Shown here: piece by piece, positions 60,703 through 64,000 of the stretch
Numbering within the stretch: the first letter of the stretch is position 1
Layout: the number at the start of each line of letters is the position of its first letter
Assembly: GCA_028534125.1 (NCBI GenBank)
Contig: CM052832.1
Location: forward strand, 15,440,001-15,504,000
Direction of reading: 5' to 3'
Length of the DNA stretch: 64,000 nucleotides
DNA from: Lama glama
Taxonomy: Eukaryota
Notes under the pieces: generated by a model
Database searches by the model: none
The model's input: only the letters and a program-made list of their open reading frames with translations
What the model was told of the DNA's origin: nothing
Made by a program: the position numbers and the translations under genes

Positions 60703-62402
60703 CTGGGGGGCAGAAGTGGGTGAGGAAGATGACTTGGCATCTTTGAGCTCTCCCCTCCCTGATCTGCATCCTCCCAGAACCTTCCCACCTACTCCCAGAG
60801 ACAAGCACCCCAAAGCCTTTTCCAGACCCTCTCCCATGTGGACCCAGATCCACTAGCCCTGAGCCACCTCCCTCCCTCCCATAAAATAGAGGTACCCTCT
60901 CCCTCCAACTTGGGAGGGGTTCCCTGGAAGCCCTCGAGCCAGGCACCCCAACCAAGCCCTCCCTTCCCTCACCTCTGTCCTGGACATCACACCAATGGGG
61001 CTCTGCACCCTTCCCTCCAGCCTAGGATGGTGCTTCCACTGCCTCAGCACCCCTGCCCCAGGTCCCCAGCATTCCCCAAAGGCTGGGAGGCGACTTCCTT
61101 CCCCCTCAGCCTGGTGTTCCTGAGGGCAGATAAGGAGAAAGCAGGGGTGGTGATGGACATGACCCCTGAAACACCCACAGGCGAAAGACATTCTGGAGGC
61201 AGCTGTGTCCCCATGAGGACTGAGCTGGGCCCCCACTTGCCATTACCCAGAAGCTCCCTAGGGGCCCCCAGCACTGCTCCGGCTACTCTAGGACTGTGAC
61301 TCCTGGGAGCGGGGCAGCCCGGCTCAGGGGGCAGTTCTGCAGGGGAGGGGAAGCAGGAGGGAAGGGTGAGCAGAGATCCTTTCAGCGAGTAAAGGCAAAT
61401 GCAAGGGCCCTGCCAGAGCGACAATCAGTGTGATGGCGGGGTGAGGTGGCCCAGCATGTTCCCCAGAGCACAGAGGGGCGCCCTGTGACTCATGTGGGCT
61501 CAGGACAATGGGAAGGCTGCCTCTCAGTGCCCCAGAGGCAAGTATTTCTGGTGTTCACGACCCCAAGGGGGAGATGTAATCCCCGATACTAGATTGCCCT
61601 TTGCAGCTGAAGGTCACACACTCTTCAGCTTATCCGATCCTCCAATGGTTCTCTTTTACAGGTAAAGAAACCAAGTCACAGAGCAAGTCAGTGCCAGAGC
61701 AGAGACTTCGACTAAAGACTTCGCTCTTCCTTTTGTAAGCGACACAGACTATCAGGGACAAAATTCCACTGAATGAAAGGATGAGCTGATGAATGAATGG
61801 AAGGATAAAAAGGACTTTGACACATTTGTCATCAACAGATCTGTCAATGTGCACTCAGAGAAGCTGGGACAGGCCCAACATACAAGGCCAAGGAGGCCAA
61901 GGTCAAAGAGGGTGGGCCTGTGGGTAGTCCTTGCCCATGCCTCTGCGTGTTCGTGGGAGTAGGCATGGCTGTGAATTGGGGGAGAAAACAGAGAAAGAGC
62001 AACATTATGTGACTGACAGAGGCACAGGAAAGCCTTAAAGCCACCTAGACAAATCTCCTCATTGTAGAGATGAGGAAACTGAGGCCCAGAGAGGGGAAGA
62101 CAACTGCCCAAGGCCACACAGCAGGTGGATGGCAGTTAAGCCTTAAATATGGACATCTGGACTCGAGGTCAAATGACAGACTGATGGAGAAGTGTGTGTG
62201 CAGGGGGTCAGGACCTCCTCTGCACTCTGACAGCACCACCCCCAAGAAGGAATTATGCCTTTCACACCCAAAAGTGGCGGGTCGGTGGAGGGAGGGGTGA
62301 TGCTGGAGCCAGGCCCAGGGGCCTGAGAAGATAGGAGGTCTCCAGCCCCACTTTCCCCAGTGCCCTCAGGCAGGGTGTGGTAGTTGGATGGGCCAGGCAC
62401 AT

Positions 62403-62542
62403 CTGGCTGTCCACAATGCCTGCCTCCTCCAGGGTGATCTCCTGCTGGGCCAGTAGCTCCTGGCCCTCATGGCCACCCATCTTCCAGAGGCAGGAGTCCT
62501 GTTGTACTACCGGAAGCTTCTTTAACTCCGACTCCACAAAAC
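62403..62542 (-). CDS. GGNBP1: GGNBP1 penultimate coding exon (GFVESELKKLPVVQQDSCLWKMGGHEGQELLAQQEITLEEAGIVDSQ); donor is non-canonical (AT)
   Basis: CAG|GT TTT acceptor in phase with the previous exon; ubiquitin-like C-terminal domain of GGNBP1; followed by ATGTGCC rather than GT. Confidence 0.82.
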
Positions 62543-62889
62543 CTGAGAGCCAGAGAGATGGGCATGGGACAGGCAGGAGAAAGGTGGAGCGACCTCATGA
62601 GGATGAAGGAAGAGGAGGTGGCTCCGGCTCTCCAAACCTCACCGCAGCCTGTGCAGCCCCTGGTCACCCCCAGCCATAGCCCTTTCTTCATCCCCGGAGC
62701 CAGCCAGATGCCACCTCCCTACCACCCTGCCTTTCTCAGGAAACTCACTTTCCATGGGCTCTCTCCTGCCAGTATGAGTGTGAGTCTCTTTCCCTACCTC
62801 CTGGGGAGAGCATGCGAGGGCCAGACATCTGCCCTGACTCCCACCTGGCCCACTCCAGCCACCAACTTCAGAGCACGGATCTGAAACCA

Positions 62890-63090
62890 CCCAAACCCCC
62901 TGGGTTCGAGTTCCAGCTCTGCCACTTACTAGCTGTGTGAGCTTGGACAAGTTTTATTTAACCTCTCTGTGCCCCACTTTCCTCAGAGTGAAGCAGAGAC
63001 TGTAACAGGACCTACCTCAGAGTTAAAATGCATTACTTCATGAAAAGTGCTTAAAAGAGGGTATGGCCCATAGTAATGGCTATGAAAATG
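62890..63090 (+). mobile_element. MIR SINE
   Basis: CTGGGTTCGAGTTCCAGCTCTGCCACTTACTAGCTGTGTGAGCTTGGACAAG. Confidence 0.75.
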
Positions 63091-63548
63091 TCAACAGTGA
63101 TGTTATCGTAATATGTGACTACCACTAGGCCATCTGCTCACCATGTCTGGGCAGCAAGGGGGCTGTAATGGGAGAGTGGGCCCTCTGGGACACTGTCACA
63201 GCAGTGCATGATGCGTGATGGGAAAACTAGGGATGGAGGTGGCCAGTGAAAGAGGGAGAATTTCGGGCTGGGACTGGGTAGTGCTTGAGGAACTGGAGTC
63301 CCAGTCAACCCCCCACCCCCACCCCCACCCCGGCAGCCTCCCAAACCCTGAGGGAGGAGGACACTAGCTAGACCTAGCCTGACCTCCAGACCAGCCACAC
63401 ACTGGTCCCCGAGCTCGAGTGGTCATCTTCGGTCTTCTGGTGCCACCTGGTGGTAAGAACTGGCATTGCACCCATGAGCCACAGGCCAAAGTGGGACTCC
63501 CTCTACCTGGGGACTGATTGGGCGGGGAGGTGGGGGCACCACACTTAC

Positions 63549-63696
63549 CTACTGTATCTGTCGACCCAGAAGTCTTATGCAGCGGCGACTGGAAGGTGAC
63601 AACGTCTGGGACACAGAGCTTGAATGAGCTGTCCTCTTCCTCCATTTCCTCTTCCTCATCTTTCTCCTCGTGGGGCAAGACTTCCCTGAGAGGAAA
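63549..63696 (-). CDS. GGNBP1: GGNBP1 exon (FPLREVLPHEEKDEEEEMEEEDSSFKLCVPDVVTFQSPLHKTSGSTDTV)
   Basis: G|GTAAG donor is clear; acceptor TCAG|TTT inferred from phase. Confidence 0.78.
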
Positions 63697-63870
63697 CTGA
63701 GGGTGTGCCCCGTCAATGAGCAGATCAGGGTGCAGGGCCCCAAGCCCGCACCCCAACCCAAAACAGAAAGCAGGAGGGAACAACAGCTCCCAAAGGGTTA
63801 AGAAAGATGACTGCTCCCCTGAGACCCTAGGCAGGCCTCACCCCCGCAACCAGAGCCTAGCCCCACGGAC

Positions 63871-63965
63871 CTTGGCCATGGCCAATTTCTGAAGCTGCTT
63901 GTACAAGCTGAGGAGGCAGTTCCAGGGAGTTGTCCCTACTTTCGAGGAGGCCAACCCGAGGTCTC
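63871..63965 (-). CDS. GGNBP1: GGNBP1 internal exon (DLGLASSKVGTTPWNCLLSLYKQLQKLAMAK)
   Basis: CAG|GA acceptor, AAG|GTCCGT donor. Peptide resembles the recalled mouse Ggnbp1 PWNYLLGLYKQLQK motif, and BAK1-GGNBP1-ITPR3 synteny fits. Confidence 0.8.
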
Positions 63966-64000
63966 CTGTGGAGGGGTAGGGGTCACTGACAGGCTGACAG

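Noticed and set aside
60703..62402. Possible U12-type AT-AC intron in GGNBP1
   Set aside because: Donor is ATGTGCC, not ATATCCT, and the acceptor is AG.

Overview
Mammalian genomic DNA, most likely camelid: several tRNA-derived SINEs resemble the camelid Vic-1 family. The minus strand carries the 5' part of ITPR3 (type 3 IP3 receptor). Its ATG is at 42472 in a CpG island, and coding exons 1-13 and 15-25 can be read with canonical GT-AG junctions and a consistent frame down to position 249; the gene continues beyond the left edge. Exon 14, which holds IP3-binding residues, is absent and must lie in the 500-N gap at 9125-9624. About 17 kb of repeat-rich intergenic DNA follows, then the last four coding exons of GGNBP1 (minus strand, 60652-63965). 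The last GGNBP1 intron begins AT instead of GT, suggesting pseudogenisation or an altered C-terminus. Other points of interest are a near-perfect CTCF motif inside an old MaLR LTR, two solo LTRs next to ITPR3 exons, two mirtron-like short introns, an octamer/ETS/E-box promoter module and an intronic CpG island. I found no convincing evidence for a wholly novel multi-gene system. Most ORF-track entries are chance ORFs in GC-rich DNA. Orthologue comparisons and repeat family names are from memory, not from a database search.
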